From positions 157,433 to 221,432 of the forward strand of contig NIVC01001921.1 in NCBI GenBank assembly GCA_002269645.1: a DNA stretch of 64,000 nucleotides, given 5' to 3'. This document shows positions 22,107-34,999 of this stretch, in pieces; position 1 is the stretch's first letter; each line of letters opens with the position of its first letter. The notes under the pieces were generated by a model that was not told the DNA's origin, made no database searches, and worked only from the letters and a program-made list of their open reading frames with translations. This stretch comes from Macrostomum lignano (lineage: Eukaryota). The position numbers and the translations under genes are program-made.

Positions 22107-22690
22107 AGATGGCGTGCCTGGCTTTGAGATGGCGCGCGCCTGGCTTTGAGATGGCGTGCGCCTGGCTTTGAGATGGCGTGCGCCGGGCTTTGAAATGGCG
22201 TGCGCCGGGCTTTGAGATGGCGTGCCTAGCTTTGAGATGGCGTGCCTAGCTTTGAGATGGCGTGCCTAGCTTTGAGATGGCGCGCCTAGCTTTGAGATGG
22301 CGTGCCTAGCTTTGAGATGGCGTGCCTAGCTTTGAGATGGCGCGCCTAGCTTTGAGATGGCGTGCCTAGCTTTGAGATGGCGTGCGCCTGGCTTTGAGAT
22401 GGCGCGCCTGGCTTTGAGATGGCGTGCCTAGCTTTGAGATGGCGTGCTTAGCTTTGAGATGGCGTGCCTAGCTTTGAGATGGCGTGCGCCTGGATTTGAG
22501 ATGGTGCGCCTAGCTTTGAGATGGCGTGCCTAGCTTTGAGATGGCGTGCCTAGCTTTGAGATGGCGTGCCTAGCTTTGAGATGGCGTGCCTAGCTTTGAG
22601 ATGGCGTGCCTAGCTTTGAGATGGCGCGCCTGGCTTTGAGATGGCGTGCGCCTGGCTTTGAGATGGCGTGCGCCTGGCCTTGAGATGGCG
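22107..22690. repeat. 20/22-bp minisatellite TAGCTTTGAGATGGCGTGCC
   Basis: About 28 copies, starting ~10 nt after the gene B donor. Confidence 0.96.
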
Positions 22691-23466
22691 CTGAGTGTAT
22701 CGTTCTCGGCTCATACAGTATAGTCTTAGCACATGAGAATATTTACATCGTACATTGTGCAATGGAGAGGCATCCAGCTATACATCAATGCACTGTGCAT
22801 AAGCCACTAAAGCGACAACAAGCGTTTGATGAAAGCGTTTCAAAACCTCAAAGCCTTAAGTGACCATCGTATCCAAATTAGGTTGATGCTATTTTTGAAG
22901 CAATTAAGTTCTCAGCGGGGGATTGAGGAAATTCTCAATTAGATGGCGGGACGGCGGTCGAGCCCCCGTCTTGTCCGGTGAAAAATTTCCCCAGAGGGAC
23001 AGGTCGCGCCGCTTGTCCGTGTGGCACAACCTGGTCAATAAATTCAACCGGTCCCCGAATAAATGGCTGCAATTCTCTCCAAGCACTGCTGAACAGGACA
23101 GGTTTCAACTCAAGCCTTGGCCTCTATTTCTTGTTCTCATCTCTCCCGAGATCCCGCGGCTCAGGTGACACGGCGGAGATGGGATTGGTGGGGGGATGAG
23201 GCACTGATAAAGTGCTGTCAGAACTGCATGGGGTGTAATATACCCCCCCGAGGGTCGCCAGCTGTAGAAGCAGGTTGAGTTTGTGCCACTGAGTCTATAA
23301 GCTGGGGCGATGAGAACTCAGACACGGGGCTCGCTTGTTTGCTCAAAGCACCCTTGGCTTGTAAAACAGTTGAGCAGCCGGCTGCGGTTGCGACTGGGAA
23401 GTTGTTGGACTTGGGGATTAGTGAGATGGTGGGAGCTCATCTTGTGTGTTTTTTAATGAATTACTG

Positions 23467-24170
23467 AGTCAGTCAGTCAGTCAGTCAGTCAGTCAGTCAG
23501 TCAGTCAGTCAGTCAGTCAGTCAGTCAGTCAGTCAGTCAGTCAGTCAGTCAGTCAGTCAGTCAGTCAGTCAGTCAGTCAGTCAGTCAGTCAGTCAGTCAG
23601 TCAGTCAGTCAGTCAGTCAGTCAGTCAGTCAGTCAGTCAGTCAGTCAGTCAGTCAGTCAGTCAGTCAGTCAGTCAGTCAGTCAGTCAGTCAGTCAGTCAG
23701 TCAGTCAGTCAGTCAGTCAGTCAGTCAGTCAGTCAGTCAGTCAGTCAGTCAGTCAGTCAGTCAGTCAGTCAGTCAGTCAGTCAGTCAGTCAGTCAGTCAG
23801 TCAGTCAGTCAGTCAGTCAGTCAGTCAGTCAGTCAGTCAGTCAGTCAGTCAGTCAGTCAGTCAGTCAGTCAGTCAGTCAGTCAGTCAGTCAGTCAGTCAG
23901 TCAGTCAGTCAGTCAGTCAGTCAGTCAGTCAGTCAGTCAGTCAGTCAGTCAGTCAGTCAGTCAGTCAGTCAGTCAGTCAGTCAGTCAGTCAGTCAGTCAG
24001 TCAGTCAGTCAGTCAGTCAGTCAGTCAGTCAGTCAGTCAGTCAGTCAGTCAGTCAGTCAGTCAGTCAGTCAGTCAGTCAGTCAGTCAGTCAGTCAGTCAG
24101 TCAGTCAGTCAGTCAGTCAGTCAGTCAGTCAGTCAGTCAGTCAGTCAGTCAGTCAGTCAGTCAGTCAGTC
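23467..24170. repeat. Perfect (AGTC)176 microsatellite, 704 bp
   Basis: No interruptions seen. Confidence 0.98.
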
Positions 24171-24575
24171 CTAGTTCTTTCATTTAAAAGCGCAGTTTGG
24201 GATAAAGTGAGCCAGCGGACACCCCTCAAGGGCGCGGCTGTTCCCCAGTGATTGGAATAATTGATTGAAAGTGCAGCCAGCCCCAAGCCTAGGCCCAAAT
24301 GGTTCAGGAGGGTCGATGGTTGAAGCGCTGTGACCGTAGAGCTTATTAACTGGGTCACTTAATACCCAGTGGGAATTAGGGGCGGTCAAAGTGAAGATTT
24401 ATCGCAAGTCTTTCCCTTCGAGTTTCCATTGGCGTTTATAATATTCAATCACTAGGCTAACTTACTTCGTAAAAAGCTTTCGAATAAAATCTAAGTGGAT
24501 GGTATGATAGGTTTGCACACCAAACACAATCATTCATTTGTCAATCTACTCAGTGCAATAATTATTAATTAAAAA

Positions 24576-24914
<339 letters not shown>

Positions 24915-25859
24915 AATCTCTGCAGAAGCAGAACGAGACTGAATCGTACAAAATCCATAAGCAGCATCATATCGCTGCAGGTAGGCTGAGCAGAAATGCA
25001 AACATCTACCTGAATTCAGAGCAGCTCCCAGCCCCGCCCTGGCAACCCTGCGAGGCTCCCCGTGAACTCAAGCTCACCTGCACTGAGCTCGCTGTAAAGA
25101 AGCCCCTGCAATTCACATGTAGCTATCTCTCTCTCCTTTTTTAACCTAGTATCTGCCCAAGAACCCGTGTCTCACTTTGAGTTCCTTTGACAAACAGGCT
25201 GGGCCTCCCCTTCCCTCTCTGCCTTCTCCAACCGTCTTCACTGCCCAAGCGTGAGAGCGCAAGAAAGGACAAGACAGTTCAATCAATGCTCAATCTAATC
25301 TGGCCTCAAATTTGTCAGTCAAAACCGAAACCAAAATGTACTCTGGTGGGAATATTGCTGTAGTTCAGAAACTCTTTTTGATTGGAACTTCCCGCCAGAT
25401 CCTGGAGGCAATGCGTCACGAGAGTCTCCTGTACAGACACTGGGGGGTCTCGCAAATTTCTGCGACAAAGAGGGGGGGGGGCGGGGCTGCCTCTTTCCTA
25501 TTTCTGCCAGCCGTCTTCCTTCCGGTGTTTCTGCGCACCCCCCCCCCAACTTCATCGCTGCCTGGGAAGCCGCTTATTGATTGGGAAGAGAGCTGCTGCA
25601 GGATCCTGTTAAGCTCTCTCCATCGGGATGAGCTCCGACTGCAGCTGCTCACCTTGAGACCCCTGATCAGCCTCATTTATAGCTTTTACGGGGGCTGACT
25701 GGCTTACGAGTCCGGGCCATGCTCACATGAATGAGGATAATAGAACTGGGGGGGGGGGATTGCTAGCTGCTGCTTCTCCATCATAATGCAGCTGCTTTCT
25801 GGGTGACAGCGGGGCTTCTTGTTCCAGCTGGCTTGCCGGGGACTGCGAAATTGCGGATC

Positions 25860-26465
25860 TGCTGTCACTCCGACTGTCACTCTCACTCTGGCTGTCACTC
25901 TCACTCTCACTCCTGCTGTCACTTCCACTCCGGGTGTCACTCCCACTCCGGATGTCGCTCCTACTCCAGATGTCACTCTCAATCCGGCTGTCACTCTCAA
26001 TCTAGCTGTCACTCTCACTCCGACTGTCACTCTCACTCTCACTCCGCCTGTCACTCTCACTCCGGCTGTCACTCCCACTCCGGCTTTCACTCTCACTCTC
26101 ACTCCGCCTGTCACTCTCACTCTAGCTGTCACTCCCACTCTCACTCCGCCTGTCACTCTCACTCCGCCTGTCACTCCCACTCCGGCTGTCACTCCCACTC
26201 CGGCTGTCACTCTAACTCCGGCTGTCACTCTCACTCTAGCTGTCACTCTCACTTCGGCTGTCACTCTCACTCTAGCTGTCACTCTCACTCCGGCTGTCAC
26301 TCTCACTCTAGCTGTCACTCTCACTCCGGCTGTCACTCTCACTCTAGCTGTCACTCTCACTCCGGCTGTCACTCTCACTCTAGCTGTCACTCTCACTCCG
26401 GCTGTCACTCTCACTCTAGCTGTCACTCTCACTCCGGCTGTCACTCTCACTCCAGCTATCACTCT
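25860..26465. repeat. 18-bp minisatellite CTGTCACTCTCACTCCGG
   Basis: About 33 copies built on a 6-bp subunit. Confidence 0.95.
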
Positions 26466-26895
26466 GATTTTGGTAATCAGTTTAAACTAAAATCACTCTG
26501 ACTTTCACACCTTCTGTTATATCACACTCACTCCACTTCGTGGGCTTCAGTCTCCGCTACCCATCTTTCAAGCTGCCCATTTCTTGCAGGCAGAATCAGC
26601 TGCATTCCCTCATCAAACTCAATGAATCTTCAGCCCGAGTTGATAATTTCAGACAGAGGCTGGACAAGGAAGGGGCGGGCCAGTCAGAAATTAGATTAGT
26701 CATCTCTCTTTGTTCAGTAAAGGCAGCCAAAACCGGTTCGAGAATGGAGGGTTTCAACAGGAGGCCAAGGGAAATCACCATTGCCAAAAGAAGTTATTGT
26801 CCAGACAAAGGACAAGGTTTTTGGTTGCTCGAAATCTCCCCTAAAATTGGGATTTTTTACATTGAGGAAGCCGACATCTGTCAAAATACCCGCAG

Positions 26896-26984
26896 GCGCG
26901 AGCAATGGAGGAGATGATGGAGCATCTGCCAGTTCTTCCCAGCAGCCGCAGCAGCAGCAGCAGCAGCAGCAGCACATCAATGAT
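26896..26984 (+). CDS. Gene B exon
   Basis: Acceptor CCCGCAG and donor GTGAGT. Phase 1 to 0: (G)ASNGGDDGASASSSQQPQQQQQQQHIND. Confidence 0.72.
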
Positions 26985-27134
26985 GTGAGTTTTTTATCTC
27001 CAATTTGTTTGAAGCTTTCCGACCCGCATGTCCCAATCGTACTACTAAGTGACTACTGTCGGCAACTCTTTTTTTAGTAGTAGTTGTTTACCGTGTCTTT
27101 CTTTAAGCAACAATCCGCGCGTTTTAATTTGCAG

Positions 27135-27162
27135 ATATTCCGCTTGCCCGACTCGGACGCGG
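27135..27162 (+). CDS. Gene B 28-nt micro-exon
   Basis: Acceptor TTTTAATTTGCAG and donor GTGAGT. Encodes IFRLPDSDA(G); its phases fit both neighbouring exons. Confidence 0.68.
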
Positions 27163-27528
27163 GTGAGTGAATGACAGCTGCATTGCCAGAATATGATCAT
27201 CTGTTTTAGCTAATGCATTACTTAAGGTAAATGGGGATTCTCGGGGATCGGAGAATGAGATCCGATGCGCGAGGGGACCCCACCCAGATGGCTCGATAAT
27301 CCTGGCGGCTGCTGGATTTCTAGGAAAATCTGGCGCGCAAGAAAAACACGCAAGCAGAAGCGGGCGAGCTCAGCACTCGGGCGGAGGCTGGGGGTGTGGG
27401 AGGGGTGGGGCCGGCTGCCGACGAATCCCAGACAGCCCTGCCCGCTGCACGGCCTCTCAGACTAGAAAAGACCCCCCATAAGAAGCTGGCAACTCCAGAA
27501 TAGCTTCATCTGATTGCATTCCCGCCAG

Positions 27529-27933
27529 CCTCTCATCCCCCGCGGCTGCGTCCGAATCCCCGAAGTCTTCGAATCCGCAAAACCTCCTCAGCACGGATGG
27601 ACGGCGGCGCGGCCGACGACAACTCCGAGGCCGCAGCGGCGCCGCCGCCGCCCACCGCCGCCCAGCTGAGACGCCGGTCCGGCCGACGCTCGCAGGAGGA
27701 CGGCGACGGGGCGGCTGCGACAATGTCGGGCACCCCGCCGCCGAGACCGACGCCTCCGTTGACAGCCGGAAGCGGTAGGGGCGGCGCGAGCGGCGGCGGC
27801 GGCGGCAGCGGCGCTGGCGGCAGGCGGCTGTCGAGCATCGAGATGATGGTGCAGAACGAGGACGGCGAGGCCGAGGAAGTTGAAATCGACGTTGCCGACA
27901 CGGAGGACGACGTCGTGGCGCCGCTCGCGAAAG
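27529..27933 (+). CDS. Gene B exon (disordered, Gly/Ala/Pro-rich, acidic end)
   Basis: Acceptor CCCGCCAG and donor GTGAGC. SHPPRLRPNPRSLRIRKTSSARMDGG..RRLSSIEMMVQNEDGEAEEVEIDVADTEDDVVAPLAK. Confidence 0.75.
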
Positions 27934-28497
27934 GTGAGCGAAGAACTTTTAATGTCGATTATTGCTGTTTCTGAGCAGTGGGATGCCTGCTTTGAGGTCT
28001 TATCTTTGTGAAGGCTCTATGTGTGGTGCGTGTAAAAGGGGTCATTGTGTGTCAAATGTGACACTTGTGTCAGAAAGTGTCATTTTGTGTCAGTTTTTCA
28101 CGTGTTGTTTCGTTACTGTCGCGCCAAATCAAACAAACAAATCGTATTTATTTTTACATTTCGAATCGTCAAGGAACGCCTGAGAACTCGCCACCAGAGT
28201 AAGTTATGAGTGGCTTGACTGAGACACTGGCTGCTCAAGTTCGAATTGAGTCTGTCTGGGCTTGAAAACGCCATTCGTTCAGTAGTTTTCCTCTGCAATT
28301 TTTTCAAACAAATCATTTCTCTGACAACTGGCTTGTCGCAAAGTAACTCCTTGGTTTGAAGCTCTGCTGCTGAGAGATTTTCTAACTTTCATCTCTATTA
28401 GTTGCAGCGTGATAGTTTAAAAAGTTGCTTTATTTTTGTGGCTTTTTTAATCAGCATTTGCTAACACATTGCAGCAAACTGTGAACTGGCCCTCACT

Positions 28498-29090
28498 AGC
28501 TCAGCCCCTCACTCCCCTAGCCCCTCACTCCCCCAGCCCCTCACTCCCACAGCCTCTCACTCCCCCAACCCCTCACTCCCCTAGCCTCTCACTCCCCAGC
28601 CCCTCACTCCCCCAGCCCCTCACTCCCCCAGCTTCTCACTCCCCCAGCCCCTCACTCCCCCAGCCCCTCACTCCCCCAGCTTCTCACTCCCCCAGCTTCT
28701 CACTCCCCCAGCCCCTCACTCCCCCAACCCTTCACTCCCCCAGCCCCTCACTCCCCCAACCCCTAACTCCCCTAGCCTCTCACTCAACTCCCCCTAGCCC
28801 CTCACTCCCCCAGCCCCTCACTCCCCCAACCCCTCACTCCCCCAGCCCCTCACTCCCCCAGCCCCTCACTCCCCCAGCCCTCATTCCCCTAGCCTCTCAC
28901 TCCCCCAGCCCCTCACTCCCCCAGCCCCTCACTCCCCCAGCCCCTCACTCCCCCAGCCCCTCACTCCCCCAACCCCTCACTCCCCCAGCCCCTCACTCCC
29001 CCAACCCCTAACTCCCCTAGCCTCTCACTCCCCAGCCCCTCACTCCCCCAACCCCTCACTCCCCCAGCCCCTCATTCCCCTAGCCTCTCA
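28498..29090. repeat. C-rich 16-bp minisatellite GCCCCTCACTCCCCCA
   Basis: About 36 copies in the last intron of gene B. Confidence 0.95.
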
Positions 29091-29194
29091 GCACCCAATC
29101 GCTCTCAAACATTTGACCCTCAGCCTCTCAAAGCCTCAAAGCTGCTCAGAGCCCCTCTCACCGCTCGCACTGTCCCTCCCCCGCCCACCCGCAG

Positions 29195-29427
29195 ACAACC
29201 AGCGCTGTCGCAAGCAGCCCATAGCGGACCGGATCAGCCGCCGGCGCAACTCTGAGGTGGCCGCCGACATCATCCGGATGTCGGCCGCGCACCGCAGGCG
29301 CGAATTCGCCGCACTCATCGACGAGCACCAGGCCATCGTGCGCGAGCTCGAAGGCCAAAAGCCGCAGCAGCAGCATCAGCCAGCTCCGAGGTCAGACAAG
29401 GAGAACATCGGTCGCCCGGGCCGCTGA
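29195..29427 (+). CDS. Gene B last exon (predicted helical/coiled-coil C-terminus)
   Basis: Acceptor CCCGCAG. (D)NQRCRKQPIADRISRRRNSEVAADIIRMSAAHRRREFAALIDEHQAIVRELEGQ..RPGR*; stop TGA at 29425-29427. Confidence 0.75.
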
Positions 29428-29639
29428 ACGCTGCAATTTCATAGAGTTTTTTGGAAGCTTGAGTTGTCCTTATTTGAAACTGTGCAGATTTTTAAACTGT
29501 GGAGAATTTTGTGTCCGCTCATCCCGTGCTCCCCCCACCCAGCAGCTTCTGCCTGCTCTCGCAATGCCTCTCTGCCTTTGAGCTGTTGACTGTCCGCTCG
29601 TATGATGCTCTCCTTTTGACATCCAATGACCCCACCTGA

Positions 29640-30005
29640 CCCCTGACCCCTTGCTCTCTCCCGGACTCTCTGTGCCCTTTCTCCCTCGCTCTCTCTACCT
29701 TCTCTCTCCCACCCTTTGTGCCCTCTCTGTCTCACCCTCTGTACCCTCTCCCCCTCACCCTCTCCACCCTCTCCACCTCACACTCTCTACCTTCTCTCTC
29801 TCACCCTCTGTGCCCTCTCTCCCTCACCCTCTCCACCCTTTCCCCTTACACTCTCTACCCTCTTTCTCACCCTCTGTACCCTCTCCTCCTCAACCTCTCT
29901 ACCTTTTCTCCCTCACCCCCTCTACCCTCTCTCCCTCACCCTCTCTACCCTCTCTCCCTCACCCTCTCTACCCTCCCTCCCCCGCACCCTCTACCCTTCC
30001 CCTCT
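29640..30005. repeat. CT-rich degenerate repeat (CTCTCTCCCTCACCCTCTxTACC-like)
   Basis: Low-complexity pyrimidine tract with roughly 23-bp periodicity. Confidence 0.85.
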
Positions 30006-30929
30006 CTAGCCTGTCAATCATCAATGATAAATATTGTCTTTAATTGTGTTGTCTCTGTTTCTGGTATTTTATTATCAATGTAATTCTTGCCTATGTTTTG
30101 CTTCGCTCACTGCCTGAGCTGTCACAGGTGTCCGGGCAGAGTATCAGAACATTTCGTTTAGTTTGTACATCATCATCGACATGGCTGTTCTCAATGGTCC
30201 AATTCAGGAAAATAAGTCATGATTCCATTTTCTTGGAAAAGTATCAATATTTATTGTTTATGTCACGCGCCGCGCCAATTTAAATTCCAAGCCGAACGTG
30301 CTATTTTCTAAGAAACCCGAGCGTTTGAATTTCAGGCTCACTAAAAAAGCTAATTATCGAGGTGGAAAATTTCGGAAAAAACTTGCAAATGGTCTGAGCT
30401 GACGCACTTCCTCCCATTGGGTGTCTTCTCTTTGATTGCAATCCTGAGCCTTGAGCTGATCACAGTCACTCTCGCGCCCTCCTACTCAAATCTCTTCATT
30501 TCCTTCCTTAGTTTATATTTTCACCGAAATCAATTTTTTGTTTCTTTGGCGTCCGCCCTGCGTTGCTTATATCCGTGTGCACTCGTTGTCGATTCCATTG
30601 ATTTTCGATCAATCAATTTGTTCCGCGAATCGAACAATAAATTATTTCCGAGATGTTGTTCGTCTTTTGGAATGTTTCACCTCGATGTCAACCACTTGCT
30701 GTTTGTTTGAATGCGTATGCTTGCACAGCTGCGTGTTTCTGCAACAAAGAAGAAAAATGTTTGCAATACAGAATGACTGCAGGCCGTTTTAAAATGCCGT
30801 TTAAAAATTAAATTTTCCCAGGGTTGTTCCCAAGCTTAGGTAACTGATGGCTTTTGCATTCAATATTTATTTTTTGCAGTTGATAGCTTCAAAACGGGTT
30901 GTGTCTAAATAAGGCTATGCCTGAAAATT

Positions 30930-32206
30930 GTGTCTAACAGGATGGTGTCTAACCGAATGACTTCTGTAACAGGATGGTGTCTGACAAACTTGTGTCTAAC
31001 AGGATGGTGTCTAACAGGATGGTGTCTAACAGGATGGTATCTAACAGGATGGTATCTAACAGGATGGTGTCTAACAGGATGGTGTCTAACGGGATGGTAT
31101 CTAACAGGATGGTGTCTAACAGGATGGTATCTAACAGGATTATGTCTAACAGGATGGTGTCTGACAAACTTGTGTCTAACAGGATGGTGTCTAACAGGAT
31201 GGTATCTAACAGGATGCTGTCTAACAGGATTATGTCTAACGGGATGGTATCTAACAGGATGATGTCTAACGGGATGGTATCTAACAGGATGGTGTCTAAC
31301 AGGATGGTGTCTAACGGGATGGTGTCTAACGGGATGGGGTTTAACAGGATAGTATCTAACAGGATGGTGTATGACAGGATGATGTCTAACGGGATGGTAT
31401 CTAACAGGATGATGTCTAACAGGATGGTATCTAACAGGATGGTATCTAACAGGATGGTATCTAACAGGATGGTATCTAACAGGATGGTATCTAACAGGAT
31501 GGTGTCTAACAGGATGGGGTCTAACAGGATAGTATCTAACAGGATTATGTCTAACGGGATGGTACTTAACAGGATGGTGTCTAACAGGATGATGTCTAAC
31601 AGGATGGTATCTAACAGGATGGTATCTAACAGGATGGTATCTTACAGGATGGTGTCTAACAGGATGGTATCTAACAGGATTATGTCTAACGGGATGGTAC
31701 TTAACAGGATGGTGTCTAACAGAATGGTGTCTAACAGGATGGTGTCTAACGGGATGGTATCTAACAGGATTATGTCTAACGGGATGGTACTTAACAGGAT
31801 GGTGTCTAACAGAATGGTGTCTAACAGGATGGTGTCTAACGGGATGGTATCTAACAGGATTATGTCTAACGGGATGGTACTTAACAGGATGGTGTCTAAC
31901 AGGATGGTGTCTAACAGGATGGGGTCTAACAGGATAGTATCTAACAGGATGATGTATAACAGGATGGTGTCTAACGGGATGGTATCTAACAGGATTATGT
32001 CTAACGGGATGGTACTTAACAGGATGGTATCTAACAGGATGGTATCTAACAGGATGGTGTCTAACAGGATGATGTCTAACGGGATGGTATCTAACAGGAT
32101 TATGTCTAACAGGATGGTGTCTAACGGGATGGTATCTAACAGAATGGTGTCTAACAGGATGGTATCTAACAGGATGGTGTCGAACAGGATGGTATCTAAC
32201 AGGATT
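30930..32206. repeat. 15-bp minisatellite TCTAACAGGATGGTG/A
   Basis: About 85 copies with recurring variant strings and no indels. Confidence 0.97.
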
Positions 32207-32902
32207 AAGTTGAGGACTGGCGACCTCAAGTTAAATCCCAGCAGACAACACATCGTCAAACAAATTTATTGAAATTCAATAGCATTGCAAGCCCTTTGAT
32301 TCCCCAGCCCACGCCGAAAATGCAACACCATACGGATTCATAAAACCGACCCCCCAAACAGACCAAAAATGGAATTTTCAGCCGATCAGTTTTCTGCCCC
32401 CTCCCTTCCGTGAGATTTTTTAGATCGCCGGAAACTAGGAGCCGCTGTAGCCACGCGGAAGGCAGGCGAACCCGGTATGAAAGCTCCTGAGGCCGGGGGA
32501 CTCGAACAGTAGCGAGTCTTAGATTGACAGAGAGACAGTGTATTTTGTATGCTCACCTGCTAGCCCCGTGCGTGCAGCTCCGGCTTCCGATAGCCCTGAG
32601 CTAGGCAAAAATGTGCTCAAATAAAGATAGGGCTTGTATGATATCTATGGACTGGATTGATGGGACTCTGTGATTTGATTACTCCGAGGTAAATGGCTCG
32701 AATGGAAAAGTCTTGCTGGATAAAAATTAATTAATTAGGGGCGTTCGTTTGACTTGTCTAATTCGTATAAAAAACTGTTTTTCGAGTGAGTACACACTCT
32801 AATTAGCCTTGATATATATACATATATATATATATATATCTAGGTCTATATCTAGGTCTAGGTCTATATCTATATCTATATATAAATAAATATATACGAG
32901 CA

Positions 32903-33125
32903 TTGTTCTCAAAATAGAAACAAGCGGAAATGAGTAAAAATCTTGTTCTAAAAATAGAAACAAGCGGAAATGAGTAACAACCTTGTTCTAAAATTAGAAA
33001 CAAGCAGCGATTAGTCACAATCTTTTTCTAAAATTAGAAACAAGCAGCGATTAGTCACAATCGTGCTCTAAAAATAGAAGCACTTGGCCATTAGTCATTA
33101 TCTAATTCTAAAAATCGAAACGAGA
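32903..33125. repeat. 40-bp tandem repeat x~6, decaying to the right
   Basis: TTGTTCTAAAAATAGAAACAAGCGGAAATGAGTAA.. units at 32903, 32943, 32983, 33023, 33063 and 33103. Each unit is a near-palindrome (TTGTTCTA..TAGAAACAA). Confidence 0.88.
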
Positions 33126-34084
33126 AGCGATGTCTAGTATTTTATAAGAAATAGATGCACTCAAAATATCGCGATAATTTGGTCAAAAAAATTGCTGAAT
33201 TGTTGCGTAAATTTCTATCGGAAATTGAAATACCTGTAAAAACATAAGGAGGTATGTAAAACAATTAGTCTAGCCCTTTCACTGCGATTTGGTCGTGATC
33301 ACAGCCGTCACTGTGATTTAGTATGCACAATACTAACGACTAAGTACAGATAAGAAATAGAATTGGCCCAAAGAGAGTCTATACTAGGGAGGCATAGAGG
33401 CGGGAACAAAAGCCAATGTCCTGTTGCTTTGTTGAACAAAGTATAAAGCTACGATTTATGGCGGATTAATGCCGGGGGAAACCGGAGGAGGATTTTTCAG
33501 GAGAAATCGCAGAGAGGCGCCCCCTGCGGGCATCGGTGGCCGGAGTCAACCCCCCCCCCCTATTCAATTAGCCCCGGCCCGAAAACTCAGCCGTGAAGCT
33601 TCCTTTCTCTGCCTTTGAGCCGGAATGCCATTTTAGAGGCGCAGAGAAGATCGGATGGAAGGAGAGGGAGAGAAAGTGAGCTGAAGGCAGTTTTTCCTCT
33701 CATTTCGCCGGGCACCGCAAAGGAGGATCCCGAACCCCCGCAGGGAAAGTGCGCTCTGTCAGAGTCTGCAAAATCATGTCGAGTTAGCAGCCCGTAGTCG
33801 GGAAGGTTGATTAGGCCGCGGGAGCTGCTTTTCTCTCTTCTGGGGAATACAATGGCTGGTGATTTGAGTCCCTACTCGTTTTAGCTGTTAATTGTGCCCG
33901 TGCCTTCTCTCACACTTTTGTGCTCTCCTTAGTTGAGTGAATAAAAACAGCTGCGATCCGCCTCCGGGCGCTACTGAGCTGCCGGGATTAAATTGCAAAT
34001 TTGTTATTCCCCCATTAAGCTGATGGAGTACTTTTGGAGTCAATATACAACTGCTTGACTCTCGGAGAGAGAATGGAGGGAATT

Positions 34085-34517
34085 AGTGTAGTGTAGATAC
34101 AGTGGGAGATAGAATGGAGACAGAGGGGAGATAGAGAGGGGGATAAAGGGAGATAGAGGGAGATAGAGGAAGATAAAGGGGAGATAGTGGGGAGATAAAG
34201 GGGAGTTAGAGAGGAGATAGAAGGGAGATAGAGGGGAGATAGAGGAAGATAGAGGGGAGATAGAGGAAGATAGAGGGGAGATAGAGGAAGATAGAGGGGA
34301 GATAGAGGAAGATAGAGGGGAGATAGAGGAAGATAGAGGGGAGATAGAGGAAGATAGAGGGGAGATAGAGGAAGATAGAGGGGAGATAGAGGAAGATAGA
34401 GGGGAGATAGAGGAAGATAGAGGGGAGATAGAGGAAGATAGAGGGGAGATAGAGGAAGATAGAGGGGAGATAGAGGAAGATAGAGGGGAGATAGAGGAAG
34501 ATAGAGGGGAGATAGAG
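34085..34517. repeat. 21-bp purine minisatellite GATAGAGGGGAGATAGAGGAA
   Basis: About 20 copies; two 10-11-bp half-units. Confidence 0.95.
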
Positions 34518-34999
34518 CACAGAATGAAGCAAAAGAGCCAGAACGAGGTGGATGATCGAACAGACAGGCTATGAGAAATAATTGAGACAAATGAAAAATG
34601 CGAATTATCTAGCAAAATTGAATTAAAAGTACTGAGAGGTAATTTAGCTCTATAAAAATAACGTTATTTCTAAAGGCTTAAGAGGTTCAATAGGTCCTTT
34701 TTATTCACGAGTCTGGAGCCGAAATGAGAGTCAGATGAACAGGACGCGCCTTGAGTACCGCACTGAATCCTGGAGCACGGACTCCTCGTATCTAAGCGGG
34801 TAGCTTGTGATATGAATGCGGGAATTGTTGGGGGTCAGTTCAGGTTAAGCAGGATGCTCCTCATCCTCCCACGCGCAGATTGCAGACGCGGATATTCGTC
34901 CTCACTGGGAGTGAGTGAGCTAAGTCTATGGAAGCACTGGCCAGATGCTAATTAGCTAACTCTGGAGGGTGCCTCATGCCGACGGCACCGAATCGTTGT

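Noticed and set aside
23446-24174. (SQSV)n 242-aa ORF
   Set aside because: Pure (AGTC)n microsatellite.
30974-32272. 432-aa (MVSNR)n ORF
   Set aside because: A 15-bp unit keeps frame automatically; no unique coding flanks or splice sites support it.
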